A stretch of 64,000 nucleotides of DNA from Myxococcaceae bacterium (lineage in GTDB: Bacteria > Myxococcota > Myxococcia > Myxococcales > Myxococcaceae). This document shows, piece by piece, positions 56,006-64,000 of this stretch (position 1 is the stretch's first letter; each line of letters starts with the position of its first letter). The notes under the pieces were generated by a model. It was not told the origin of the DNA and did no database searches. It saw only the letters and a list, made by a program, of their open reading frames with translations. The stretch covers positions 1 through 64,000 of the forward strand of contig DATFTC010000425.1 of assembly GCA_035262305.1 (NCBI GenBank), read 5' to 3'. Both the position numbers and the translations under genes were made by a program.

Positions 56006-57826
56006 TCACGACGAGGCGGCTTTGGTTGGAACCGCATCCGGCGCGGTCGTTTCTTCCAGCGGCGCGTGAGGCGTGTGAGTTAGGTCCTCTGCCATCCGGA
56101 TCGCCGCTTCGATCGTCGAGCTGATAACCAACTGCCCCGGCCGCTCCCGGATCTGCGCCTTCTCCAAGGCCCGCATCGGTTGCCTCTGCAGTCCAACGAG
56201 GATGGCGGGAATCCGTTGCTTGCGCAGCCGCTCAAGGGAGCTCTCGAGCGCCACCAGGCCGGATGCATCGATCACCGGCACCTGCTCCATTCGGAGAATT
56301 ACCGCCCGCGTCTTTTCAGTAATCACGCCCAGCGTCGCCATCGCTCGTTGTGCCGCTCCGAAGAATAGAGGCCCGCTGATGTCGTACACGACGACGCCCT
56401 TGGGCAGAGAGCCGCCTGGTAGCGCGGGGTGCTCGCCTTCGGACAGCCTCGCATGAGTCACTTCCGCCATCCGCCTCATGAACAGCAGAGCTGCAAGCAC
56501 CACGCCGACGCTCACCGATACCACCATGTCCACGCCGACGGTTAGGCCGTAGCAAGTGAGCAGCACCGCAATATCGCTCTTGGGAGCAAACCTAAGGATG
56601 TAGAAGAAGTGCTTGGTTTCCGACATTCGCCAGGCCACCTGCAGTAGCAGCGCGGCGAGCGAGGCCATTGGCAAATAGCCGACCATCGGCGCGAGCAACA
56701 ACACCGCACCCAGAACGGTCAGGGAATGGACCATCGCTGCGATCGGAGATCGCGCGCCGGAGCGAATGTTGGTGGCGGTGCGCGCGATGGCCCCGGTCGC
56801 AGGAATCCCGCCGAAAAAGGGAGCGATGATGTTTCCAACACCGAGCGCGAGCAACTCGGCGTCCGGATCGTGATTCGTGCGCGCCATCCCGTCCGCAACC
56901 ACTGCCGAAAGCAGCGACTCGATCGCGCCCAACATCGCGATCGCGAAGGCGCCGGAAGAGAGCTGGCGTATCAATTGGAAGCTGAGCCCGATCGGTTGCC
57001 CGTCGTGTCCAGGTACTAACCAGGGAAGCATCGGCATGGGCGGCAGTCGGGGGATGCCTTCAATGACGCTCCCCCCGATCGTGGCATGAAATCGGCTGGC
57101 GATGGTCGAGACGTGGAAGCCTGGCGCGAATTTCTCAAGAAGGACCGCCGCGATTGCAGCTGCCGACAGCGCGATCAACGGCGCCGGGATGCGCCGGATG
57201 ATCTTCGGCGCGGAAAACAGAACGATGAGCGTCAGCAGGCCGATTAGAAGCTCCCAGGCGGAAGCCGTGGGCAAGGCCAGCGCCATTGCGTGGATTCGCT
57301 CGAAGAAGTGCTCGGGATTGGACTGCAGGCGCAATCCAAGCAGGTCCTTGATCTGCAGAGTGGCGATCACCGTCGCAATCCCGGCAGTGAAGCCGGTGGT
57401 GACCGGGTGAGGGATGAACTCGATGAACTGCCCCAGCCGCAGCGAGCCCATCAGCACGAGCAAGCCGCCCCCCATCGCGCCCGCAATGAGCAGCCCGCCC
57501 AACCCGAACTTGGCGTAGATGGGCGCCAGAATCACTACGAACGCGGCAGTCGGCCCGGTCACTTGGGTGCGAGAACCGCCGAGGCACGCGACGACAAATC
57601 CGGCGACGATCGCCGTATAGAGCCCGTGCTGCGGCGGCGCACCCACCGCGATCGAAAGCGCCATCGACAACGGCAGGGCAACGATTCCCACCACCAGGCC
57701 AGCGAGGGCATCCCGGCGAAAATCCCCGAGCGAGTAACCGTCTCGAAGCACAGCGCGAAGCGCCGCGGCAGGAAGCTGGCGCAGCGGTATCGGAGCAGCT
57801 TGAGTGTGATGACGGGTGCGAGCCAT
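56006..57826 (-). CDS. SulP-family anion transporter (sulfate permease) with a C-terminal STAS domain.
   Basis: ...GDFRRDALAGLVVGIVALPLSMALSIAVGAPPQHGLYTAIVAGFV... is the SulP signature region. STAS-like C-terminus (VVVYDISGPLFFGAAQRAMATL...RLRKQRIPAILVGLQ). Confidence 0.8.
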   Translation of the reverse strand: MARTRHHTQAAPIPLRQLPAAALRAVLRDGYSLGDFRRDALAGLVVGIVALPLSMALSIAVGAPPQHGLYTAIVAGFVVACLGGSRTQVTGPTAAFVVILAPIYAKFGLGGLLIAGAMGGGLLVLMGSLRLGQFIEFIPHPVTTGFTAGIATVIATLQIKDLLGLRLQSNPEHFFERIHAMALALPTASAWELLIGLLTLIVLFSAPKIIRRIPAPLIALSAAAIAAVLLEKFAPGFHVSTIASRFHATIGGSVIEGIPRLPPMPMLPWLVPGHDGQPIGLSFQLIRQLSSGAFAIAMLGAIESLLSAVVADGMARTNHDPDAELLALGVGNIIAPFFGGIPATGAIARTATNIRSGARSPIAAMVHSLTVLGAVLLLAPMVGYLPMASLAALLLQVAWRMSETKHFFYILRFAPKSDIAVLLTCYGLTVGVDMVVSVSVGVVLAALLFMRRMAEVTHARLSEGEHPALPGGSLPKGVVVYDISGPLFFGAAQRAMATLGVITEKTRAVILRMEQVPVIDASGLVALESSLERLRKQRIPAILVGLQRQPMRALEKAQIRERPGQLVISSTIEAAIRMAEDLTHTPHAPLEETTAPDAVPTKAASS

Positions 57827-57982
57827 TCTGGTCAGGGCAGATTTTACACGATGCAGATCGCTCGGCAGCAATGTGCGTATTGATCCGAGATCGGTTCGGC
57901 ATGATAAGCAGCGCCTTCGAATGGGCCAGGAATTGTCTTGCCAGGCGTGGAAGCTGAGTCGTCGCCACACACGAGCCGGATC

Positions 57983-58969
57983 ATGAGCGTGCTAATTCTT
58001 ACCAGCAGCGAGATTGAACAACTTCTTTCAATGGACGAATGCATCGGCGTGATGACGGATGCGCTCACCGCCTTGGCGCGAGGAGCCGTCCATCAGCCGC
58101 TGCGGATGATCGTCCAGCCTCCGGCGGCCTCCGGATTGATGGCGTTGATGCCCGCATACATCGGCCAGCCGTCCGCCACCTACGGGCTCAAGGTGATCTG
58201 CGTCTTTCCTGCGAATCCTTCGAAGGGCAAGGATGCTCATCAGGGCGGCGTGCTTTTGTTCAGCCCGGATACGGGCGAGCTTCTCGCTCTGATGAACGCA
58301 TCGGCGATCACGGCGATTCGGACGGCGGCGGTTTCCGGCGTCGCGACCCGCGCCTTGGCGCGCGAAGATGCCTCCTCGTTGGCGATCATCGGCTCGGGCG
58401 TTCAAGCGCGCACTCACCTCGCTGCCATGGCCGCCGTCCGTTCAGTTCGCCTCGCCCGCGTCGCAAGCCGCCACTTCGAAAACGCTCGCCGCTTTGCCGA
58501 GGAGGTGTCGTCCGCCTGCAGTTTCCCGGTCGAGCCCGTCGACCGCGTCGAGGATGCGGTTCGCGGCGCAGATTTGATCGTGGTGGCGACGACCGCTGCT
58601 GAGCCGGTAATCAGAAGAGAGTGGCTTCAGCCGGGCGCGCACGTCAACGCGGTGGGCGCGAGCCAACCCCACAAACGCGAGCTGGACACCGCGACCGTCA
58701 AAGCAGTCAGCCTGTTCGCCGATCGCCGAGAGTCGGTGCTCAATGAAGCTGGCGACTACTTGATCGCGGCGCGCGAGGCTGGCTTGGGTCCGGAGCACAT
58801 TCGAGCCGAGCTGGGCGAAGTGCTGATTGGCGCCAAGCCGGGGCGCACCTCGCGGAGTGAGGTCACCTGCTTTAAATCGCTGGGCCTTGCAGTGGAAGAT
58901 GTGGCTGCGGCGCAGCACCTCTACCGCCGCGCCCGCGAGGAGCGCGTCGGGCGTTGGGTCGAGTTCTGA
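57983..58969 (+). CDS. Ornithine cyclodeaminase / mu-crystallin family NAD-dependent enzyme.
   Basis: MSVLILTSSEIEQLLSMDECIGVMTDAL...LAIIGSGVQARTHL (Rossmann)...GAHVNAVGA. Typical OCD_Mu_crystallin profile. Confidence 0.75.
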   Translation: MSVLILTSSEIEQLLSMDECIGVMTDALTALARGAVHQPLRMIVQPPAASGLMALMPAYIGQPSATYGLKVICVFPANPSKGKDAHQGGVLLFSPDTGELLALMNASAITAIRTAAVSGVATRALAREDASSLAIIGSGVQARTHLAAMAAVRSVRLARVASRHFENARRFAEEVSSACSFPVEPVDRVEDAVRGADLIVVATTAAEPVIRREWLQPGAHVNAVGASQPHKRELDTATVKAVSLFADRRESVLNEAGDYLIAAREAGLGPEHIRAELGEVLIGAKPGRTSRSEVTCFKSLGLAVEDVAAAQHLYRRAREERVGRWVEF

Positions 58970-59952
58970 GCTTGGGCAACGTTCCAGGGAATATTTCGCC
59001 GCGCACAGCGCCTTCGCTCGAGCAGATAGAGCGCGCTCGCCAGAGGATTAAGGGTCTGGTTGTCAGAACGCCCCTGGTGCGACTGGACTCGGATAGTGCG
59101 GCGGAGATTTACCTCAAGCTGGAGAACCTTCAGCCGATCGGCTCATTCAAGCTGCGCGGCTCCGGGAATGCATTGGCCTTGGCCGAACCGCTCCAGCTAA
59201 CCCGAGGAGTGTGGACGGCGAGCGCCGGAAACATGGCCCAGGGTGTAGCCTGGAACGCGCGCCGCCTCGGCGTACCCTGCACGGTCGTGGTACCCGAGCA
59301 CGCCCCGGAGGCGAAGCTCGCATCCATCGCGCGGCTGGGCGCGACGGTGGTCAAGGTGCCATTCCACGAGTGGTGGCAGGTGATCATCGAGCACAGGCGC
59401 GAAGGGATGGACGGTCTTTTTGTCCATCCGGTGAGCGATCCGGCAGTCATCGCGGGCAACGGGACCATCGGCCTTGAGCTGCTGGAGGATCTGCCGGATC
59501 TCGACGCGGTCGTGGTCCCCTATGGCGGTGGCGGGCTCAGCACGGGAATTGCCGCCGCGGTGAAGGCGAGCCGCCCGTCGTGCCGAATCTATGCGGCCGA
59601 AGTTGAGACCGCGGCGCCACTGGCCAAATCGCTTCAAGCGGGGCGTCCTTGCGAAGTGAGCTACACGCCGAGCTTCGTGGACGGAATCGGCGGCAAGACA
59701 ATCCTCGAAGAGATGTGGCCCTTGGTCAGTCAAATGCTCGACGGCTCGGTCGTTGTGTCATTGGAGGAGGTGGCGTGGGCGATCCGCCTCCTGGTCGAAC
59801 GCAATCACGTCGTGGCGGAAGGGGCAGGCGCAGCGGCGGTCGCCGCGGCTCTGACCGGACGGACCGGTCGGGGCAAGGTCGCGTGCATTATCTCGGGTGG
59901 CAATATCGACCCGGCGAAGCTCTGCAAGATATTGGCAGGCGGCATTCCGTGA
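58954..59952 (+). CDS. PLP-dependent fold-type II enzyme (threonine/serine dehydratase-like).
   Basis: IYLKLENLQPIGSFKLRGS (PLP-lysine motif SFKLRG)...GGGGLSTGIAAAVK (glycine-rich loop). Overlaps the OCD gene by 16 nt. Confidence 0.7.
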   Translation: MGRVLSLGNVPGNISPRTAPSLEQIERARQRIKGLVVRTPLVRLDSDSAAEIYLKLENLQPIGSFKLRGSGNALALAEPLQLTRGVWTASAGNMAQGVAWNARRLGVPCTVVVPEHAPEAKLASIARLGATVVKVPFHEWWQVIIEHRREGMDGLFVHPVSDPAVIAGNGTIGLELLEDLPDLDAVVVPYGGGGLSTGIAAAVKASRPSCRIYAAEVETAAPLAKSLQAGRPCEVSYTPSFVDGIGGKTILEEMWPLVSQMLDGSVVVSLEEVAWAIRLLVERNHVVAEGAGAAAVAAALTGRTGRGKVACIISGGNIDPAKLCKILAGGIP

Positions 59953-59982
59953 ACTGGATAGAAGGGCTATCGTTTCCTGAAA

Positions 59983-60450
59983 ATGTTGCCTCGCGCGATC
60001 CGGAGCCTGCGCCTCGTCGTCATCGCTGCTCTCCTCGCGGGATGCAGCTCGAAACCTCCTTGTGCGGATCCAAACGGCAGCAGTTGCCCGGCGAGCAACG
60101 CATATCCCGCTGAGGATCCGCTGTCGGTTTGCCATGTCTGCTGCGAGTCAAGCTCCGGGAGATCCGACGCATGGACCGAGCTCAGCCAGACGGCGACGGC
60201 ATCCGGGCAGTTCACAGGGGTCGCCTCTCAAGGTCGCCCCTACCCAGTGGACGCGACGTTCACCGCGATCCAGGCATCGTGGAACGGCACCTATTTCGTC
60301 TTCGACGATACGAGATCAAACCCGACGTTCGGTTACCACCTGCTGACCCGCGGCCGCTCGGACGAAGGCAATCTCGAGATCTACTTCGTGACACCGTTGG
60401 ATGGCCCGATCAGCACCGCCCCGCTGAACTGCACGATCGCGCGGAACTGA
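59983..60450 (+). CDS. Hypothetical lipoprotein.
   Basis: MLPRAIRSLRLVVIAALLAGCSS lipobox. Cys-rich N-terminus. No known domain. Confidence 0.4.
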   Translation: MLPRAIRSLRLVVIAALLAGCSSKPPCADPNGSSCPASNAYPAEDPLSVCHVCCESSSGRSDAWTELSQTATASGQFTGVASQGRPYPVDATFTAIQASWNGTYFVFDDTRSNPTFGYHLLTRGRSDEGNLEIYFVTPLDGPISTAPLNCTIARN

Positions 60451-60486
60451 GCTGCGGAACCGTCGAAGCGGCCGAAGCTGCGGCCG

Positions 60487-61917
60487 CTATTTCAGAAGCG
60501 CGGTGATGATCTGCGGCGACTGATTCGACAGATGATCGTAGGTCAGTCCCATCGACTTGAGAACGGAGGCGTGGACATCGGAGGGGTGGATGAGGGTGCC
60601 GTTGTTGTCGTCCGGCAGTCCGGTGCTCAGGTTCATCTTGCGGTAGGCCAGGTTGAGGTCGCTCGACCCGCCCAGCACCGCGTTGCCGCGGATGCCGGGA
60701 CCGGCGACCAAGCAGCTGGAGGTCAGGTGATGATCGCGCCCGTTTCGGGAATTGACCAACGGCGTGCGCGCGAACTCGCTGAAGCACAGCAGAGTGGTGT
60801 GATCCCACACGCTCGCCGCAGTGTCCCGGAACGGCTGGCTCTTGAGGTAGCGAATCAACAGCCCGAGTGCCTCGAAGCCGTTCCGCAGCGTGGTCGCGTG
60901 ATTGGTGTCCCAGTTGAAGTGGTCGTCCATGTTCTGTGCGATTTGGACGGAAACGGCCTGCGACAATCCCTTGCAAAGCGCCTGCGCGGCGATGGCGCCT
61001 TTTCCCTTCGGTCCATTCAGGTCGGCGGTGGTGGCAATTTGCATCGCCGTAAACAGGTTCCTCACATCCTGCGACTGCTGCGATGGATTGAGCGTGAAAT
61101 TGAAGTACTGGGCAGCGGTCGAGTTCGTCATCGTGCGCGCCTTCGCCCGACTGTCGCGAAACATCGTGATCAGGCCACCGCCGTTATAGGTGTGCTGTTC
61201 GCAGGTGTCGGCGCTGGTTTCGAAATCGCGGACTGCCGCATCGCTTGCCGATGCGAGCTGCAGGCCCAGCGGGCGCAGAACGTCCAGCACGTCGCTCGCG
61301 CTGTTAACGTGGATCGGCGACGCATAAGCGGGCAGCCCGTCGCTGTAGGATTCGCTGCTGATCGCAAGGTTCGGCAGGTCTCGGCTGATGCCCTCTTGAT
61401 TGGCCACCACCGACGTCAGCGCGCTTCCATTGGCGGTGAGTCCGCGCGGAAACTTTCCGGTAATGAAATAGCGGCGCCCGACCTCGTGCGTGAGCGTCTC
61501 CATCGACAGGCCGCGGATGATGCACAGGTCCGAGTAGTGCTCCATCAAGGACGGCGTCACCGCGGGCCCGAAAGTCAGATTTCCCGCCTGCTGCAAGCCG
61601 GTGGGGTTCGGCGCCTGCTGGGCGAGCAATGCCCGCACCACTGTGTCAGTGACCAGATCGTACGCCGGATAGATTCCAGTCCCGCCCGACGAGTACGCGG
61701 ACTGCGCTTGAAATCTCGGGTCGCTGATGTCGCGCGGGTCCCAGCAAAGCATCTGGTCCCAGCCGCCGGAGAAGTAAACGAAGAGCAACAGCTGCGGATT
61801 GTCGGTCGACGCTTCGGCGATACGGGGCAGCAATCCGGAGCGGAGGATCACCGCGCCGCTGGCGAGGCCAGCGATCTCGAGAAACTGTCGGCGCGACCAG
61901 CCTTGGATGGAAGACAT
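60487..61917 (-). CDS. Tat-secreted DUF1501/DUF1552-type protein (sulfatase/alkaline-phosphatase-like fold of unknown function).
   Basis: AGGAGG RBS. MSSIQGWSRRQFLEIAGLASGAVIL twin-arginine signal. ...LLFVYFSGGWDQM... and ...DHH... motifs resemble DUF1501. Confidence 0.5.
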   Translation of the reverse strand: MSSIQGWSRRQFLEIAGLASGAVILRSGLLPRIAEASTDNPQLLLFVYFSGGWDQMLCWDPRDISDPRFQAQSAYSSGGTGIYPAYDLVTDTVVRALLAQQAPNPTGLQQAGNLTFGPAVTPSLMEHYSDLCIIRGLSMETLTHEVGRRYFITGKFPRGLTANGSALTSVVANQEGISRDLPNLAISSESYSDGLPAYASPIHVNSASDVLDVLRPLGLQLASASDAAVRDFETSADTCEQHTYNGGGLITMFRDSRAKARTMTNSTAAQYFNFTLNPSQQSQDVRNLFTAMQIATTADLNGPKGKGAIAAQALCKGLSQAVSVQIAQNMDDHFNWDTNHATTLRNGFEALGLLIRYLKSQPFRDTAASVWDHTTLLCFSEFARTPLVNSRNGRDHHLTSSCLVAGPGIRGNAVLGGSSDLNLAYRKMNLSTGLPDDNNGTLIHPSDVHASVLKSMGLTYDHLSNQSPQIITALLK

Positions 61918-61925
61918 GCTGCCTC

Positions 61926-62651
61926 CTAGTAGATGTGGAACTCGGGAGCGGTGAGAAGCGCATTGCAGACGAGCCGCCAGCCTTCCTTGACGTCGTTGGC
62001 AGTCGGCGCCGCCGAGCCGGCGGAGCCCTGGACCCCGCGCGCGAACAGGTCTCGAAGGGGCGCGACTGTTGTGTCGTCCGAGTCGTCGATCTTCACCCCG
62101 TGCAATCGGAGCTTGAGATACCTCAGATTGTGATTCACTCCCGGGGCGTTCGTGCTGGCGGTGTCGGCCAGGTCGACGAAGCGAAGCAGCGATCGATCCG
62201 CCGCCGCGCTTCGGCCGTAGTCCGCTCGCAGGACCCGATCGCAAGCGTCGCGCGCCAGGTCGTCCATGAACTTGAGGTAGAGCGGGGAGGGCGAGAGGTC
62301 CTCTTCGGTGGTGTCGATGTAATTGGGCTCCCCCAGCGTCAGCGAGACGACATCCAAACCCGGTCTGCCGTTCGGATAGATCCAGGTGACCGGGTTGCCG
62401 CTGAGGTCATTTCCCAGGGCAACAGGCAGCGTTCCACGGAGCTGGGCAATGCTGACCCGCTGCGCGCTGGCGGAGGTGATGGTCGGCGGACGAGTTACGG
62501 GCGGATGATCCACCGGCGGCGTGGACTGCGGAGGCGAGACACCCACGTTCGTCGAGGGGTTGTTGCCGCCGAGGTTGGCTCCGTCGTTCATCGGCTTGTT
62601 GCAGCCGACGGCCAGCAGAGCAGAAGCGCTGAGGAGCAAAGACCGTTTCAT
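61926..62651 (-). CDS. Hypothetical lipoprotein, translationally coupled both upstream and downstream.
   Basis: MKRSLLLSASALLAVGCNK lipobox. Its start overlaps the upstream gene's stop (TAATG). Its own stop lies within the RBS of the DUF1501 gene. Confidence 0.4.
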   Translation of the reverse strand: MKRSLLLSASALLAVGCNKPMNDGANLGGNNPSTNVGVSPPQSTPPVDHPPVTRPPTITSASAQRVSIAQLRGTLPVALGNDLSGNPVTWIYPNGRPGLDVVSLTLGEPNYIDTTEEDLSPSPLYLKFMDDLARDACDRVLRADYGRSAAADRSLLRFVDLADTASTNAPGVNHNLRYLKLRLHGVKIDDSDDTTVAPLRDLFARGVQGSAGSAAPTANDVKEGWRLVCNALLTAPEFHIY

Positions 62652-64000
62652 TAGCGCACCCTCCGGTACTCAGGCAGCGTCACTACCTGCTGGACCAGCC
62701 ACGTCAGGCTGTAATTGGAGCTCTTGAAGCCGTCGGCGAGGCTCTGCAGCAGGTCCAGCTCGTCGCTCTGATCGCCGGCGACGCGCATGTCCCGCTTCAT
62801 GAAATATGAAAACGTGCGTTTCACCGTGCACTGGGCAAAGGTGCCGTTCGCAATCAGCTGTTGCGCCCACTGCCGCGGACCGCCCGGCACATCGCCACCG
62901 CCCAGCATGTGGTCGAGGTACTCCGGATGGACATCGGCCCATTGCCGCGTGAGAAGCGATCCAGGATTGTGCGCGTCGGCATGAGTGACGTAGAAGCGCG
63001 AGCACATCGCGCTTGGGTTCGCCGAGACGCAAGCGGGATTCAGCAGAGGAAAGATCCTCGTGTCGGTGGTGACCGTGGTTCCTGCCTCGGAAAGCAGACC
63101 AAAATATGCGGCCAGTGGCTCCAGCGTCGCGTGGCAGTACTGACAGTTGCACCGCTGAGTCAGATCCGCGGCGCCCGGATCGCAGCCCGGTTGCGGACTC
63201 AACGTCGCCGGCGGAATGAAGAACTCGCACGCGAAATCGATCCGGAGGCGATTGGCTCGCCCGCGGTCGGTTTGAAATCGCAATAGGTATGCCGGGAGCG
63301 TGACCACGCCCGCGTGCGGACCTTTGCGGTCGATTTGGGTCCAGCTCGCGTCGCTCCAATCGAGGTAGGCGATCTCCTCCTCGGGGTCCGGCGCGACGTA
63401 CGTATTGGTCAACGACAGATTGGTGGCGAGGTTTCGCTTCCAGAAGGAGAGCACGCCATTCTCGTACGCTTTGGTCGAGAGCAGGATGTCGGTATAGGGC
63501 TGGCCGCCCACGCTGAGATCGTCGATCGACAGCGCGAGCTGCTCGCGCATCGCCGAGGTAATGGCGGTGTCGGCAACGCTGCTGTAACAGAACTGAAGAT
63601 TCGGTCCGCAGCCGCAGAGCCTGTTCCCATTCGTCCGGAAGTCTCCGCAGGAGGTCTGAACACCGGCGAGCGCCACGGTGAGCGTTTCCATCGCGTCGTA
63701 CGCGCAGACTTTGATCGGCGTGCTCGGATTCCAGTACGGCGTGACCCACCGCCAACCCTCATCTTTCACCCCGCCGGTCACGACGACGTACGCCGGATCC
63801 GGCTCGTAGTTGGTGCTGCCATCCGGCAACATCACGAAATGCGTTTGCTCGTAGTCGCTGCACAGAGCGCCGAGCGCTCCTCGGTAGGTTCTCGCGCGAC
63901 CGGTGCTCTGGAGGCTCCAGATCCCGCTTCGCGTCTGCAGGCCCGAGTTCGTGTTGTGGAGCCTGACGTTGGAGACGTTCGGCCAAAACATGTGCTCGTG
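62651..64000 (-). CDS. C-terminal part of a large Cys-rich secreted protein (the partner of the DUF1501-type gene). The 5' end lies beyond the window.
   Basis: The ORF continues to the window edge. Many Cys, including CNCQYCHATLEPLAAYF (a CxxCH-like heme-binding motif). It resembles the PSD1/DUF1553- or DUF1588-type partners of DUF1501/DUF1552 proteins. Confidence 0.4.
   Translation of the reverse strand, partial: HEHMFWPNVSNVRLHNTNSGLQTRSGIWSLQSTGRARTYRGALGALCSDYEQTHFVMLPDGSTNYEPDPAYVVVTGGVKDEGWRWVTPYWNPSTPIKVCAYDAMETLTVALAGVQTSCGDFRTNGNRLCGCGPNLQFCYSSVADTAITSAMREQLALSIDDLSVGGQPYTDILLSTKAYENGVLSFWKRNLATNLSLTNTYVAPDPEEEIAYLDWSDASWTQIDRKGPHAGVVTLPAYLLRFQTDRGRANRLRIDFACEFFIPPATLSPQPGCDPGAADLTQRCNCQYCHATLEPLAAYFGLLSEAGTTVTTDTRIFPLLNPACVSANPSAMCSRFYVTHADAHNPGSLLTRQWADVHPEYLDHMLGGGDVPGGPRQWAQQLIANGTFAQCTVKRTFSYFMKRDMRVAGDQSDELDLLQSLADGFKSSNYSLTWLVQQVVTLPEYRRVR

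Noticed and set aside
1-64000. Searched for tRNA T-loop (GGTTCGAnTCC) motifs, CRISPR-like direct repeats, and transposase, integrase or phage genes.
   Set aside because: None were found by eye. There are no mobile-element hallmarks, so the window looks like core chromosome.

Overview
This is a high-GC (about 65-68%) chromosomal segment with dense coding on both strands and roughly 55 protein-coding genes. I found no rRNA or tRNA genes, no CRISPR array, no transposase or integrase, and no phage signature. The gene content points to a soil-type Gram-negative bacterium with an Acidobacteria-, Gemmatimonadetes- or Myxococcota-like repertoire: many Ser/Thr kinases, ECF sigma factors, kelch and beta-propeller proteins, and a DUF1501-type module. 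The main functional blocks are listed below.

- **Bacillithiol module:** a bshC-bshA operon, followed by a large secreted LmbE-type (PIG-L) deacetylase, a micro-ORF and a Na+/solute symporter.
- **Signalling:** a long ECF sigma factor converging on a Ser/Thr kinase whose N-terminus carries a zinc-finger anti-sigma (H-x3-C-x2-C) motif.
- **Metal uptake:** a Zn/Mn ABC uptake locus with two outer-membrane proteins, one of them His-rich.
- **Metal and stress functions:** an MbfA-like ferritin/VIT1 protein, Dps, PPK2, a GDT1/UPF0016 transporter, a CHRD protein and two cupredoxin-like proteins.
- **Respiration and regulation:** cydAB, and an NtrC-type sigma-54 two-component pair.
- **Lipid-modifying enzymes:** a CFA synthase, a membrane desaturase, a fatty-acid hydroxylase-family protein, a luciferase-like monooxygenase, and an SDR-SCP2 fusion.
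- **Amino-acid enzymes:** an ornithine cyclodeaminase and a threonine dehydratase-like pair.
- **Oddities:** an in-frame TAA splitting a secreted TPR gene, an HDAC-type amidohydrolase with an uncharacterised C-terminal domain, and several pairs of convergent genes that abut or overlap with no terminator.

All functional calls come from reading motifs in the translations. No database search was possible.
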